Part shown: positions 24,824-37,954 of the stretch, one piece after another
Position numbering within the stretch: the first letter of the stretch is position 1
Layout: every line of letters starts with the position of its first letter
NCBI GenBank assembly: GCA_951406725.2
Contig: OX597817.1
Span: forward strand, 15,686,001 to 15,750,000
Length of the DNA stretch: 64,000 nt
Direction: 5' to 3'
DNA from: Octopus vulgaris
Taxonomy: Eukaryota
Program-made: the position numbers and the translations under genes
The notes under the pieces: generated by a model
The model's database searches: none
What the model saw: the letters and a program-made list of their open reading frames with translations, nothing else
What the model was told of the DNA's origin: nothing

Positions 24824-25195
24824 TGGTAAAAACGGTAAGATAACAAAAGAAAGAAAGAGACCTCCATATTATGTAAATAGAGGAAATTTATCTATAAAAT
24901 AATATGTTACAATTACTCAATAGTCAAGATAAAACTCTGAGTTTCAGATGCCGAAGTGGAAATCCACAACACCATCTCTTCGGTTACGTGTTTTACTATG
25001 AAATTTTAATCTTATTTTATATAACTAGCAGAATTATAACACACTAATTTCCCTTTATATAACGGTATTTTTTCATAGCGTTTTTTCAGATGGCCAGATA
25101 ACCGAAGAGACGGTGTTGTGGATTTCCACTTCGGCATCTGAAACTCAGAGTTTTATCTTGACTATTGAGTAATTGTACATATTATTTTATAGATA
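24820..25195. repeat. Tail-out inverted repeat (24889-24986 / 25099-25195) with hammerhead-like motif, between TA tracts
   Basis: ~97-bp near-perfect arms; agauaa-CCGAAGA-...-GAAA-cucagag-UU-uuaucu at 25096-25158. Confidence 0.75.
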
Positions 25196-25205
25196 TATAT
25201 AATAT

Positions 25206-25389
25206 AGCATTGCTTGACAACCGATGCTGGTGTGTTTATGTCCCCGTTACTTAGCGGTTCGGCAAAAGAGACCGATAGAATAAGTACTGGGCTTATAAAA
25301 GAATAAGTCCCGGGGTTGAGTTGCTCGATTAAAGGCGGTGCTCCAGCATGGCTGCAGTCAAATGACTGAAACAAGTAAAAGAGTAAAAG

Positions 25390-25390
<1 letters not shown>
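25206..25390 (+). mobile_element. 3' half of SINE family A
   Basis: Identity to other copies. Confidence 0.88.
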
Positions 25391-25465
<75 letters not shown>

Positions 25466-25601
25466 AGAGAGATAATGGTGTCATTAAGACCCAAAGGTGT
25501 CAGGTAATGCTGAATAAGTGCTATAGACAGACTATGGTTAAGTTCCAGATTTGGTAATATTGCGAATAAATGGTTCAACGTTGGTTCTATGTCAGCGAGT
25601 G

Positions 25602-25738
25602 TATATAAGAATTTTTGCGTAATAAGATAAAAACCAAGGCTGTATAGATTTTAGAGTATTTATAGATAGAAGGTCTATCTATAAATGCTCTAATATCTAT
25701 ACAGCCTTGGTTTTTTTATCTTATTACCCCAAAGAGTT

Positions 25739-25745
<7 letters not shown>
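25602..25745. repeat. Near-perfect AT-rich palindrome (~50-bp core stem, 3-nt loop AGG)
   Basis: AAAACCAAGGCTGTATAGATTTTAGAGTATTTATAGATAGA-AGG-TCTATCTATAAATGCTCTAATATCTATACAGCCTTGGTTTT. Confidence 0.9.
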
Positions 25746-25805
<60 letters not shown>

Positions 25806-25855
25806 ATATAATATAATATAATATAATATATACACACACACACACACACACATAT

Positions 25856-25856
<1 letters not shown>

Positions 25857-25895
<39 letters not shown>

Positions 25896-26520
25896 GCTTT
25901 TTAACATCTGCTTTCCATGCTGGCATGGGTTGGACGATTTGACTGAGGACTGGCGAACTGGATGGCTGCACCAGGCTCCAATCTGATCTAGCATAGTTTC
26001 TATAGCTGGATGCCCTTCTTAATGCTAACCACTCTGAGAGTGTAGTGGGTGCTTTTACGTGCCACCAGCACGAGGGCCAGTCGGGCGGTACTGGCAATGG
26101 CCATGCTCAAATGGTGTTTTTTACGTACCACCTGCACAGGAGCTAGTCCAGTGGCACTGGCAACGACCTCACTCAAATAATTTTTCACGTGCCACCGGCA
26201 CAAGTACCAGTAAGGTGACGCTGGTAGCGATCATGCTTGAATGGTGCATTTAACGTGCCCCCAGCACGGAAGCCAGTCAGCTACTCTGGCAACGATCACG
26301 CTCAGATGGTGCTCTTAGTGCTTCACTAACATGACTGCCAGTTATGCTGTGCTGTCATCGAATTTGATTTCGATTTCGATTTCACTTGCCTCAACAGGTC
26401 TTCGCAAGCAGAGTTTAGTGTCCAATGAAGGAAAGGTACTCATAAGTGGGCTGGTTACACCCCTAGCATAGGCTACGGGTTATGGTCTCACTTGGCTTGC
26501 TGGGTCTTTGCAACAGCTCA
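25857..26520 (-). mobile_element. Retroposon with (GAT)n tail and internal short repeats (RTE-tail SINE-like)
   Basis: CCATGCCAGCATGGAAAGCAGATGTTAAA + (GAT)n on the minus strand; related tails near 20260, 24115 and 30475. Confidence 0.55.
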
Positions 26521-26696
26521 GCTACTGGGAAAGGCTGAAACAGCTAAGACTCTACTCCCTAGAGTGAATGCGGGAGAAGTTACCACCATGCTAAATATAG
26601 CAGCCAAAACTTGACTCTAAAACTACATTAAATGTTCATACAGCACCTGGAGAGAAGACTAAGAGACAAAATAAACTAGCAAAAAGTTATTGGATA

Positions 26697-26754
26697 ATTC
26701 CAGATCCTGGATTTCTGGCTTTGCATAAGAAATACTTTGCCTCATCAGTAGAAT
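26697..26754 (-). ncRNA. Type I hammerhead ribozyme motif
   Basis: auucua-CUGAUGA-ggc...gcc a-GAAA-ucc a gga-UC^-uggaau; palindromic stem III. Confidence 0.75.
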
Positions 26755-28980
26755 AACACACAAAATAGTACATAAATACAAATATATATATATACATACA
26801 ACATACGAATACTTACATATACGTACGTAAACACACATATATATGCACGTATGCTCACGACCAGTTTAAATTGCCCGTCTAAATCCTTCATGCGATATGG
26901 TAAAAAATACCACTGCAGTGAATTTAATGACGAAGTAAATATATATCTTTTCATGGGGATAAGCTAGACATCCTCTTACCGACACCCTTTATGAGGTTCA
27001 AAAAGCTTTAGGCAAATGGTACGAGGTTGTGTTGATATACCGCATCCTTTCATTGGGTAGGTTCTGTATGAGCCAGTGCCCAAATTGAATGTTATCTCTT
27101 CAGAAATTTATTGTGGTAAGGCTAGTCTTAATGGTAGGATGCCCTCTGGATCTAGTTTGGAGTGTTATCTCTAATGAAAGAGAGGTACAGTAAATCTAGG
27201 CTCAGTATGAGTAAGAAACTGGTTTGTGAGAATTTGTACTGGCAATGGTTGCAACGAATACCTGTTAGTAAGGACAGGGACATGGCTGGAAGGCAGCACC
27301 CTTCCTCTTAGGACTAATGTATCCTTCCTTTTTAAAATGGTAGAGCATAGTGTGAGGAAGATTTGGCTGTTATTTCTAGCAAATTGAACAACCACATAGA
27401 GATTATCTCATTGGCTCATTTGCTGATGTGTATAAGTAAACAAAAACGAAACGAAATGGATCTTCATCTATTTCTAGGATGATCATTCCAGTTGTATGAT
27501 CAACCGAACTGGTTACACATTCAACCGGTACTTTTTTGACCAACCTTGAAAGGATGAATGGCAAAGTCAGCCAAGGTGGGATTTGAACTCAGAATGTAAA
27601 GCATTTTGTCCAGTGTGCTACTGATTCTGTCAGCTTGTAGTCTTATGGTTACACATTATATTAACATATAACTGGCTGAGTATACCACAGAACACATGTA
27701 CCCACAACGTAATCCATATGTAGAATCAGCGCAACCCAGTGTGACATGGCTAGGCCTTTTAATTACAGGTCCAGAATCTAATTATAGTGTAATTTGGCTG
27801 AGTATTCCGTAGATATATATGGCTTTAATGTAATTCTGGGACAGAATCAGTGTGACACATGAAGGACATACCCAGAGTTTCAACTAAATGCTTCTCAACT
27901 ATTAAGAAAAATACACCATTCGCTGAATAAATTGTGGAAAATCACAACAAAATTAAACTAAATATCAGATGAATAATTCTATTGACAGGGAGCTAGTTTC
28001 TTCATTCCCCCTTATTGGTTACATATTTAGTGTGAGACTAGGTTAGCTCTTTAAATTAATTGTACTTCATCTGGCAGTATTTCACACAGTTTCTATTTAA
28101 CCAGTTTTACTCCCAATGCTTTGGCCACCTGACAGAATAACTATTAAGTCACTCACATATTAGACATGCTAGCCAGAAACACATAGCCTCCCGGTCCAGG
28201 TATCGAAACCACGAATCTTATGATGATGATGCTGACGCCCTAACCACTAAGCCACGCGCCTCAACTTAAAATATAATACCTAGTTTAAATACTTTATATC
28301 TTAGAAAACTCATGACACCTTCTAAATACCCAGCGCCGCTCATTGCCATTCTATAGACTTGCTAAGCTTAATGGTTAAAAAAAACCCAAGCGTAAACACT
28401 CGTTTCTGAAAGGGAAAGAAGAGTTGCCACTCGTACGATTCCAGCTATGATCCATCATGAGTTTATAAAGCGATATTTTTAGTTGCTGCCCTTATGATAG
28501 AAAATTTATTTTAGAAACATGGTCTTCCCCTTTTCGAAGGAGAGAATAAAAAAAACCCTCCGCAGCTGACCGCCTTCGATCGCGGCTGGCAATACATACA
28601 TAAATATATAATTTAAATGTCTTCGTCTATATCTAGCATGTTGACCGTCCACTTTTAGTGGTCAATCCTTTAAATTTTGTACATAAATATATACATACAC
28701 ATGTGCATGAATGTCTGTTTTTGCTTACATTTGTACTACTCTGAAAATCCCTGAGCTACAAGTGGTGATGTTGTTATTTCCCCTGTTAATAAATCATCCA
28801 CTAGCTTTTTGCTGGAAGACATGTGAAGCAAAAGCCCCCTTACTTCATGTACAGAGAAGGCTTAGTGCCAGGAAGGGTATCCAGTTGCAAAACAATGCCG
28901 GAATAATAAAATTGTCTAATTTTCCATAGTAGCATGGAAAAATGGAGGTGCAAATGAAGAAGTAAACAAATAAATGCATA

Positions 28981-29153
28981 TAGGCACAGGAGTGGCTGTG
29001 TGGTAAGTAGCTTGCTAACCAACCACATGGTTCCGGGTTCAGTCCCACTGCGTGGCATCTTGGGCAAGTGTCTTCTGCTATAGCCCCGGGCCGACCAATG
29101 CCTTGTGAGTGGATTTGGTAGACGGAAACTGAAAGAAGCCTGTCGTATATATG

Positions 29154-29186
<33 letters not shown>

Positions 29187-29399
29187 TTGTGTGTCTGTGT
29201 TTGTCCCCCTAGCATTGCTTGACAACCGATGCTGGTGTGTTTGCGTCCCCGTCACTTAGCGGTTCGGCAAAAGAGACCGATAGAATAAGTACTGGGCTTA
29301 CAGAAAAGAATAAGTCCCGGGGTCGATTTGCTCGACTAAAGGCGGTGCTCCAGCATGGCCGCAGTCAAAATGCCTGAAACAAGTAAAAGAGTAAAAGAG
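28981..29399 (+). mobile_element. SINE family A
   Basis: Identity to other copies. Confidence 0.9.
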
Positions 29400-30055
29400 A
29401 TACACTCACATCACACACACACACACACACACACACGCACATACACAAATACACACGTTTCATATCTCCAAGAATTTCAATTTCCACTTCACTGTGTCGT
29501 TCCTCCATGCTAATGGCACTGAGATGTCCAATCCTTGCCTAAAACAGGTGGGAACAAAAGCAGTAAGAAAGGGATAGTGTGCGATCTTTACGTTTTCCTT
29601 CCACTTATCCTTCTGACTTCGAAATTCCGGTGGTGATTCCTAGTTAGAGTGGTTCTAGATTTCAGTTTCCTACATTTTGGGTTCAATTCTAGTCATTTTG
29701 AAAGTTGGTTTTAGCTGGTCTTTGTAACAATAGAAAGACATCCAATGATCTTTTGCTCGTGCTTCATTTACTGAAGAGAATTTTACATGCAAATCTTTCT
29801 TCTCTATTTTAACATTATCCTCACCACCGTAGCTGGTCTTTAATTCTGGTTGATTCTATGCTTTGACTGTTGGAATTGTTGGTCATGCACTCCTCTTATT
29901 TGATGTATAAGAAAGCATGGAACTTTTGTTGATGGAAATGCGCTGGCTTTCTATGTGTGTGTATGCGTGTGTGAGAGCGCGCGGATACAAGAATGTCTTA
30001 AAGTGAGTTTAGCTTTCCTTATTTTGACATCTCACAATAACTATAAACAAATACC

Positions 30056-30286
30056 TATTTCTTTATTACCCACAAGGGGCTAAACACAGAGGGGACAAAC
30101 AAGGACAGACATAGGTATTAAGTCGATTACATCGACCCCAGTGCGTAACTGGTACTTGATTTATCGACCCCGAAAGGATGAAAGGCAAAGTCGACCTCGG
30201 TGGAATTCGAACTCACAACGTAACGCAGACGAAATACCGCTAAGCATTTCGCCCGGCGTGCTAACGTTTCTGCCAGCTCACCGCCT
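30056..30286 (-). mobile_element. SINE family B
   Basis: 14-bp TSD TATAAACAAATACC (30042-30055 / 30287-30300). Confidence 0.92.
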
Positions 30287-30571
30287 TATAAACAAATACC
30301 ACCATCATACAAGTAAAGTCGTTTGTTCCTAACCTTTTGCAAAACATATCTGGGATATTGTGCAGTTAGTGTTGGAAGGATTATGAAAAATATATTAGTT
30401 GAGAGAAGGTTGGCAACAAGAAGCGCATCGGGCTGTAGAAAATCTGTCCCAACAAATTTTGTCTGACCTTTGCAACCATGGAAAAGTGAACGTTAAGCAA
30501 AGATGAGGATGATGTTGATGATGAGGCTGCTGCTGCTGCTACTGCTGCTGCTGCTGCTGATGATACGGATA

Positions 30572-31671
30572 TCTATATATATAAAACTCAACTTGTGTGT
30601 CTGTGTGTCTGTGTGTTTAACTTCCCGGCACATCTCCTCCTAGCCAACAAGTCGTAGAACCACGAAAAATGGGTCACTTAAAGTTTAGGCGAATGAAAAT
30701 TGAACTGCGCTGTTTCTGTTCCGAAATTCATCTCGCAAGTGCAAAAATCGATAATGTGTTTGTTTAGGCCTTATCCCATGCATTGAATAGTGTACTTTAC
30801 TCAGTCAGCTGTTTGACGTGAACTGTGTTCACCACGCGTTCAAGCATGCGTAAATTGCATGAAAAATAAAAAATCAAGATATAAAAACGAATCGCCGTAA
30901 ACATTGTAGAAATTCGGCAAAGAAATGAATTTTCGGGATGTAGCCTGGAGAGTTTTTTCGTATTAATCGTTTGGACTTTGTGAACACATACCAATTGTTT
31001 TCATAACATTTTTAACGCTTTGAATTAAATGTGACCATTTTGCGTTGAGTCTGCAGTTTGAATCACTTTAACCAAATTTTAGCAGGCCGGATTTTTGATC
31101 ATCACGATACATCGCCAGCGACTCCTTGAAACTCTCCTCTGAAACCCCCGTTGAGAAATCTATATATATAAAACTCAACTTGTGTGTCTGTGTGTGTATC
31201 TGTGTGTGTGTGTGTGTGTGTGTCTTTAACTTTTGGATCTACCAAGTTTCATTATTAAGGATGGAAAGTAGTGTGTAGCAAATCTATATATATAAAGCTG
31301 AAGTTGTCTGTTTGTGGCAGGTTTGGTAGCCTTCAACTAACACTATCTCCTTCGAGACCCTGCAGCGCAAGTTGACCAAAATTGAGAGTATGATAGAAGA
31401 AGGCTTGCTCTTCATTCTGTAGAAGATAAAATTCAAATCGGACCATGTTAACACCAAAAATTATTTACATCAAAAAGGTGATTTTTTGTCTATGAAAATC
31501 CCTATTTTTTACGATTTTTGACTGCTGTGTTGACATTTTCGGTGTATTTCAACTGGGGAAATGTTCACTTGAAGAGAATAACAAGCTACATAATGCAAAA
31601 TGTTTACTTTTCAAAAATTCCAATTCTAAAGGATCGAAACAAACCCAAGCAACACCGGGTGATACTGCTAG
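30572..31671 (+). mobile_element. Composite non-autonomous Helitron with three 5' ends (30572, 31159, 31283) and one 3' end
   Basis: TCTATATATATAAA three times; terminal CCCAAGCAACACCGGG...CTAG|T. Confidence 0.75.
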
Positions 31672-32270
31672 TAAATATATATTCTTTTGTTTGATAAGAT
31701 ACAATGTATTGAAACAACTGCACTTAGGTATTTTTTCATAATAAATGAATATAACCCCTACAATTTATTGAATCTTTTAATGAGTTGACGTCTCCTAGAT
31801 CACAGTTATAAAAAAAGTTATAATCGTGGATTCTGTAGTATTAACTATAGAAAGTAACGTCCTTTATAAAAGTGTTTAATTAGTCACAGATATAGTTTTC
31901 TTTTTCCTTAATGCCCATGGGTTACAAATAATATGGATGTTCATGAACTTCAATCTATATAGAATGCCCTTGTCCTACTTATGTATTTGCTACAGTACAC
32001 TGCATAAACTTTTCCCAGAACTTTGTTATCTTAAGAGCAACTTGTAAATTTCTGATTTTTATCTTCACCTAAAACTGCACACGTTCAAAATCCTGGCAGG
32101 GCCTTATTAGTTCTAAGGTATGGCAAAATGGTACAAATGTCTGGTGTAATATACACTGTATTTCATGGCATAGAAGACGCACATTTTTTCCCCAAAACAA
32201 ACATCTCAAAAATCATCCCAGGTTCTATTTGCGAAGTCGAGCTCCCATAAGCAAGTATCAGAGGCATTAA

Positions 32271-33824
32271 TCTCTCTCTATATATAAAACTGAGAATGTG
32301 TGTCTGTCTGTCTGTGTGTGTGTTTCCCTAAAACTTGAGAACTACACAACCAATTTCATTCAAATTTTACACATGCCTTACTTAGGGTCCGGGGAGTGTC
32401 ATCGGCAAAAAAAATGTTCAACTTCTTGCCTAGAGCGAGCCCATGGCAATATCATATCTTCTCCACTATTTCAGTATTACCTGTTAAAAGTGAAACAAAA
32501 ACATTTCTCTATTTTATGTCAGATGCTTTCACTTTAACAATAAAAATAATAATAACAATTGAATTATATGTAGTAAGTAATAATTAAAATCAAAGTAAAG
32601 TATAATATAATCGTAACATAACAAAAGTAAAAATAGCAATTGGTATAAAATTGCATCAATGACTTGAACTTGAATAAGTGGTTTCACATAAATGGGAATA
32701 AATTAAAAATAAAATTAGCGTGCAAAAATGGAATAGTCCAGATGGAGCTGTGCTTTTACATTAGATTATCTGCTAATTAGCTAGCATTAAGTATCTATAT
32801 GAAGTTTGGCTGTATGTAATATCTGTTTTCTCGAACAGCCGCTCCTGTTGGTTTATTTCTTATACATAAAGGACTAAAGCTTCAACTGCTTCCTGCTTTC
32901 TGGCTCATCGTAAGGTTTGTTGTTATTATTATTACTGTTTAACTATTATCACGTTTGTTGGTTCCTCGTAAAGGAAACATTGTTTTGTAGCATTTGTTAA
33001 ATAATTGTAAACTGTAACCTTCCCCCTTTGTGAGAAGGAGCTTTGGTTATTGTTTAAAAATTGAATTGTGTCCTTGTTTGGGGAAATTGACAATATTTTC
33101 ACCGTTTACACGGAAGCATTTTTGTTAGAATGCCTTCAATAGAAGAAAGTCCAAAAATGAATTTCGCTGCAGCCGTCGGCGGGCGCGAACTCATTGAAAT
33201 TAAAATGGAAGAAATACGGATTGATCACCGACAAAGACGGTGAATCTAGGATAACACCACCAAACGAAATAAAAAATTGAATTAAAGAAAATACTATTGT
33301 CTATAAAGTATACAATGTAGAGAAAAAAGATTTGAACACCTGGAGGAAAGCACCATCGAAAATTGTCTTGGTGCGACTATGAAAGATATCTAACCAGAGG
33401 CGGTAAATTCGCTACAATAGAAGCAAGGTTCGAGTCAACGGAGCGTGCAAGGGAGTACTCGACTCGAACCTTGCAAAGCGGAAATATTTTATTTTTACCT
33501 TTAAATCTGGGACGTAGGACGTCCCGGATAAAAATTTAAAATATCCCCCCTGAAGTAGAGGTAGGCTGGATTGTAGCCACACTTCTATACAAGAGGGAGG
33601 ACAAGATCCAATTGATCGAAATTGCAAGAGACGAGCCTACAATTCCAGTCTGTTATATATTTTGAGTATTGTTATCACTAGCGATATCAAGATATAACTT
33701 TGTATTTTGTATTTTATGTGTAGATGTATATATATAGAAGTACATGTTATATGTACACATATATATATACACATATATATATGCACTAGCACTATGACCC
33801 GGCAACGACGGGTCATAATGCTAG
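32271..33824 (+). mobile_element. Non-autonomous Helitron
   Basis: 5' A|TCTC...TATATAAAACTG; 3' GACCCGGCAACGACGGGTC hairpin + CTAG|T. Confidence 0.75.
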
Positions 33825-34599
33825 TATACTAAAATCTTCAAGACACAAGCACCTTTCAAGTTCTAGTTTTAGTTATGATAACGCCCTCACAGACACGCAC
33901 GTGCGCGTGCATGCATTAAAAGAGAAATATCAGGTAATTAGTTGTGTAAGAATTGTTTGAAATGATAGAAATATTAATTGATTTACAAACATAAAATGAT
34001 TGGCAAACCTTCCTATAACATTTTAGGACAACGCTTTCCTGAGATATTTCTTAAAATATCCCAATTTTTATATGCGTTGCTATTTGTACCAGATCTATCC
34101 TCACTGTACAAACCTGTGTTCAGTGATATTCTAATCGTTACTACCATATCCGTTTTTGTTTTCACGCATGAAAATGCATAATTCAGTGTGAGCTTCCTTT
34201 GTTAAAGACAGTATAGAATGACTTGAGGAGAAGTTGGTTCCTATTTCTAACATGCTTTATTATCATATGGAGACTCCTTTGCTACTTGGTTGTTCACATA
34301 TTTATTCTAAAGTTGACATTTATCTTCACATCTTTTAAGAGTGAGATACATGAAATAGATGAAGTAAAGATTCTTTAAGCAAGAAGATAAAGATACCACA
34401 AGGGAGGTTTGAAATCTAAAACAAAAGAAAAAGCAAATAACTTCAATAAGATTAGTTGATCGAAGTATTAACACAATTGTCTCTTCAATGTAGATTGGAT
34501 GTGACTAGTTTTTGAAGCCAACTTCTGAGATCAACAGATGTATTTTAGAATTTTTTGCTAAATCACTGGTTTTTGTCGTCTCTTATAAATAGTCTAAGT

Positions 34600-34991
34600 G
34601 GAATGGAAGCACTCCGTCGGTTACGACGACGAGGGTTCCGGTTGATCCGAATCAACGGAACAGCCTGTTCGTGAAATTAACGTGTAAGTGGCTGAGCACT
34701 CCACAGACACGTGTACCCTTAACATAGTTCTCGGGGATATTCAGCGTGACACAGAGAGTGACAAGGCCCGCCCTTTGAAATACAGGTACAACAGAAACAG
34801 GAAGTAAGAGTGAGAGAAAGTTGTGGTGAAAGAGTACAGCAGGGATCACCACCATCCCCTGCCGGAGCCTCGTGGAGCTTTAGGTGTTTTCGCTCAATAA
34901 ACACTCACAACGCCCGGTCTGGGAATCGAAACCGCGATCCTATGACCGCGAGTCCGCTGCCCTAACCACTGGGCCATTGCGCCTCCACTAC
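34600..34991 (-). mobile_element. SINE family C
   Basis: TSD TAGTCTAAGT (34590-34599 / 34992-35001). Confidence 0.92.
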
Positions 34992-35099
34992 TAGTCTAAG
35001 TATTTGCACCTGAAATGGTACGTCAAACAATAGATTGAATCCTTGATTGTTGCTGCTAGAAATAGTAACACGATGCCTAGTGCAAATGTGACACACCCA

Positions 35100-36330
35100 A
35101 AAGATTCTAAGAAACTAGATGGAGAGCAAAGATTCAAAGATTAAACAAGTGGCAAGTTAAAGCGATGAATGGGCAATACCTCAGATAAATGGAAGAAAAA
35201 GGCAAGACCAACATCTGGAGGTGGCTAAGGAAAAGTGACCTGAAAGGATGCACTAAGGCATTGATCTGTTGTACTCAGGAACAAACTTTGAGAAGTAATT
35301 ACACCAAGTTCCAAACATAAAATATTGAATCGCCTGCCTTTTTGTAGGGTAGGAGGCATCAAAAATGAAACTACCTCACATATTGTGAGTGTGTGTAGCG
35401 AATTGGCTGAAAAGGAACACAAAAGGAGGTATGATGGCTTGGCTAAGGGTGTTCTTTGGAGATTGTGAGAAGTACCGTCTTGAGAGGACGTTAAAACAGT
35501 ATGAGCATAAACCAGAAGGCGTCACCGAGAATAATGAGTATATGATCTTGTGGGATTTTACAATCCAGTGTGATTCAGTGATTGATGCTCGGACACCAAA
35601 CGTTGCAGTTGATAAAATATTGAAGGAAACCAAGATTATAGATATTGCCATATCTGGAGATATGGAAGCACACCGTCGGTTACGACGACGAGGGTTCCGG
35701 TTGATCCGAATCAACGGAACAGCCTGCTCGTGAAATTAACGTGTAAGTAGCTGAGCACTCCACAGACACGTGCACCCTTAACGTAGTTCTCGGGGATATT
35801 CAGCGTGACACAGAGAGTGACAAGGCCGGCCCTTTGAAATACAGGTACAACAGAAACAGGAAGTAAGAGTGAGAGAAAGTTGTGGTGAAAGAGTACAGCA
35901 GGGATCACCACCATCCCCTGCCGGAGCCTCGTGGAGCTTTTAGGTGTTTTCGCTCAATAAACACTCACAACGCCCGGTCTGGGAATCGAAACCGCGATCC
36001 TACGACCGCGAGTCCGCTGCCCTAACCACTGGGCCATTGCGCCTCCACATCTGGAGATATACGAGAGATTGGTAACGAACTGGAAAAGACTGAAAAGTAC
36101 AAGCCACTTAAAGAGGAGATTGCATGGACGTAGGCAATGAAGAAACTAACTGTTCCAGTAGTTGTAGGGTTATTAGGAGCATTACTAACAAGCTCTGAGA
36201 AATTTGTAGGAGAAATTGGGACTGACATGAGGGAAGAACATATTCAGAAAACTGTTTTATTGCCAAGGATTTTGAGATTGGTACTTTGATATCAAGTATC
36301 GCGGAAGAAGCCTCGGTGAAACACTTGACA
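35100..36330 (+). mobile_element. Degenerate R4/Dong-type LINE 3' part, interrupted by a SINE C copy (35664-36048, -)
   Basis: ILWDFTIQCDSVIDARTPNV...IIDIAISGD; SINE TSD ATCTGGAGATAT (35652-35663 / 36049-36060). Confidence 0.8.
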
Positions 36331-36384
36331 ACAGGTTGTTGTTTTATTCTTAGAGAATAAGCCAGAGCAAGTGAAATTAAGAGC

Positions 36385-37135
36385 TCGGGCTACAGAAAAT
36401 ATTCTGCTCAATGTCTTGGTGTAAAAGATGAGCCACAGCAAATATTCTGCTCAAATGCTCTGATGCAATACCAGACACTGGTTCTCATGGCATCAGATCT
36501 TAACTGATTGGAAGTGTTATCATGTACATTGTTTTGTCTTGTTGTTAAAGATGAGCCACAGCAAATATTCTGCTCAAATGCTCTGATGCAATACCAGACA
36601 CTGGTTCTCATGGCATCAGATCTTAACTGATTGGAAGTGTTATCATGTACATTGTTTTGTCTTGTTGTTAAAGATGAGCTACAGCAAATATTCTGCTCAA
36701 TACCACAGATTTGATTATCCGTTGTTTGACCTTAACCAGTTAAACATGTCCCTTAGTGGCTGACGATATGTGCATCTCTGATCACGAGCAGAAGTAGTGG
36801 GAGAGCATCATAGTCATGCGTTGAGAGGAATTCTTTGGGTTTTGAATAATTCACCACCGGAAACATGGGGGTTTCCTTCAACATCCTTAAACAACCCTTA
36901 TTCAGGGACCTATTGAACAGGATGGGCTACTCGAATTGAAGAAAATTCTAACTTGCAAGGCCATGCGATGTTTATTTTGATATAAATTTACCATGTCGCA
37001 TACATATGGTTGTGATGCATGTGCCTGGTGTACCCTTATCAGACAGGTAGTCATGATGGGTATATAGGGCTTCGTATATTTGTATCCTAGTGTCACTTTG
37101 ATGGCATGCGATACTTTCTCACTAAATAATAATAA
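36385..37135 (+). mobile_element. Non-coding ~550-bp retroposon with (AAT)n tail (family D), 5' part tandemly repeated with a 123-bp period
   Basis: Homologous to 46682-47240; CAAATATTCTGCTCAA recurs at 36439, 36562, 36685. Confidence 0.75.
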
Positions 37136-37805
37136 TGTGTCTCCGCTGTGCCGCATCTGCAATAGAGTGGATGAAACCATTGCCCATATCACAAACGAGT
37201 GCCCTAGACTTGCCCAAAACACAAAAAAGTTGTGGCGACACGACCAAGTGACGAAAGTGTTACATTGGGAACTGTGCGAAAAGTGGGGTCAAGAGAGAGG
37301 CAAGATGGGGCATGAGCACAAACCTCAGAGAGTGGAAGAGTTGGGTACGAGCAAAATCCTCTGGGATTTCCCAATCCAAACAGATCAGGTGCTAGAGCAT
37401 AACAGACCGGATCTAGAGGTGGTGGACAAGATGCACCACATATGCTATATAATTGATGTTGCATGCCCCTTTGATCCACGAATAGTCAAGAAGGAAGACG
37501 AAAAGAAAGATACTTATAAACCTCTTAAGTACGAAATAGCACGGCTATGGAAAATGAAGGTGAAGATAGTGCTAATTATTGTTGGGTCCTTGGGAACAGT
37601 ATCAGAAAGCATCAAGAGGAATATAGAGGAAATTGGAATAAAGTGCCCAGTAGAACTGTTACAAAAGGTTTGCCTCCTTGGCATGGCCAGAATAATCAGG
37701 AAATCTGAAAAGAACGAATAGCAAGAATAGCAAGGTACCGTAGGCTGCAGGTAGTAAGCTCGCTACGCATGCAAGACTCCAGGAGCTTCGATACAACCTG
37801 TGATA
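37136..37805 (+). mobile_element. R4/Dong-type LINE 3' end (CCHC knuckle + RLE)
   Basis: CRIC...ETIAHITNEC, RHD, ILWDF...NRPDL...IIDVACP...K..Y; same family as 61130-61780. Confidence 0.9.
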
Positions 37806-37864
37806 AAGAGATGATGTTGATGATGATGAAAATGATGATGATGATGATGTTGATGATGATGAAA

Positions 37865-37912
<48 letters not shown>

Positions 37913-37954
37913 ATGATGATGATTATGATGATGATGATAACAACAACAACAATA

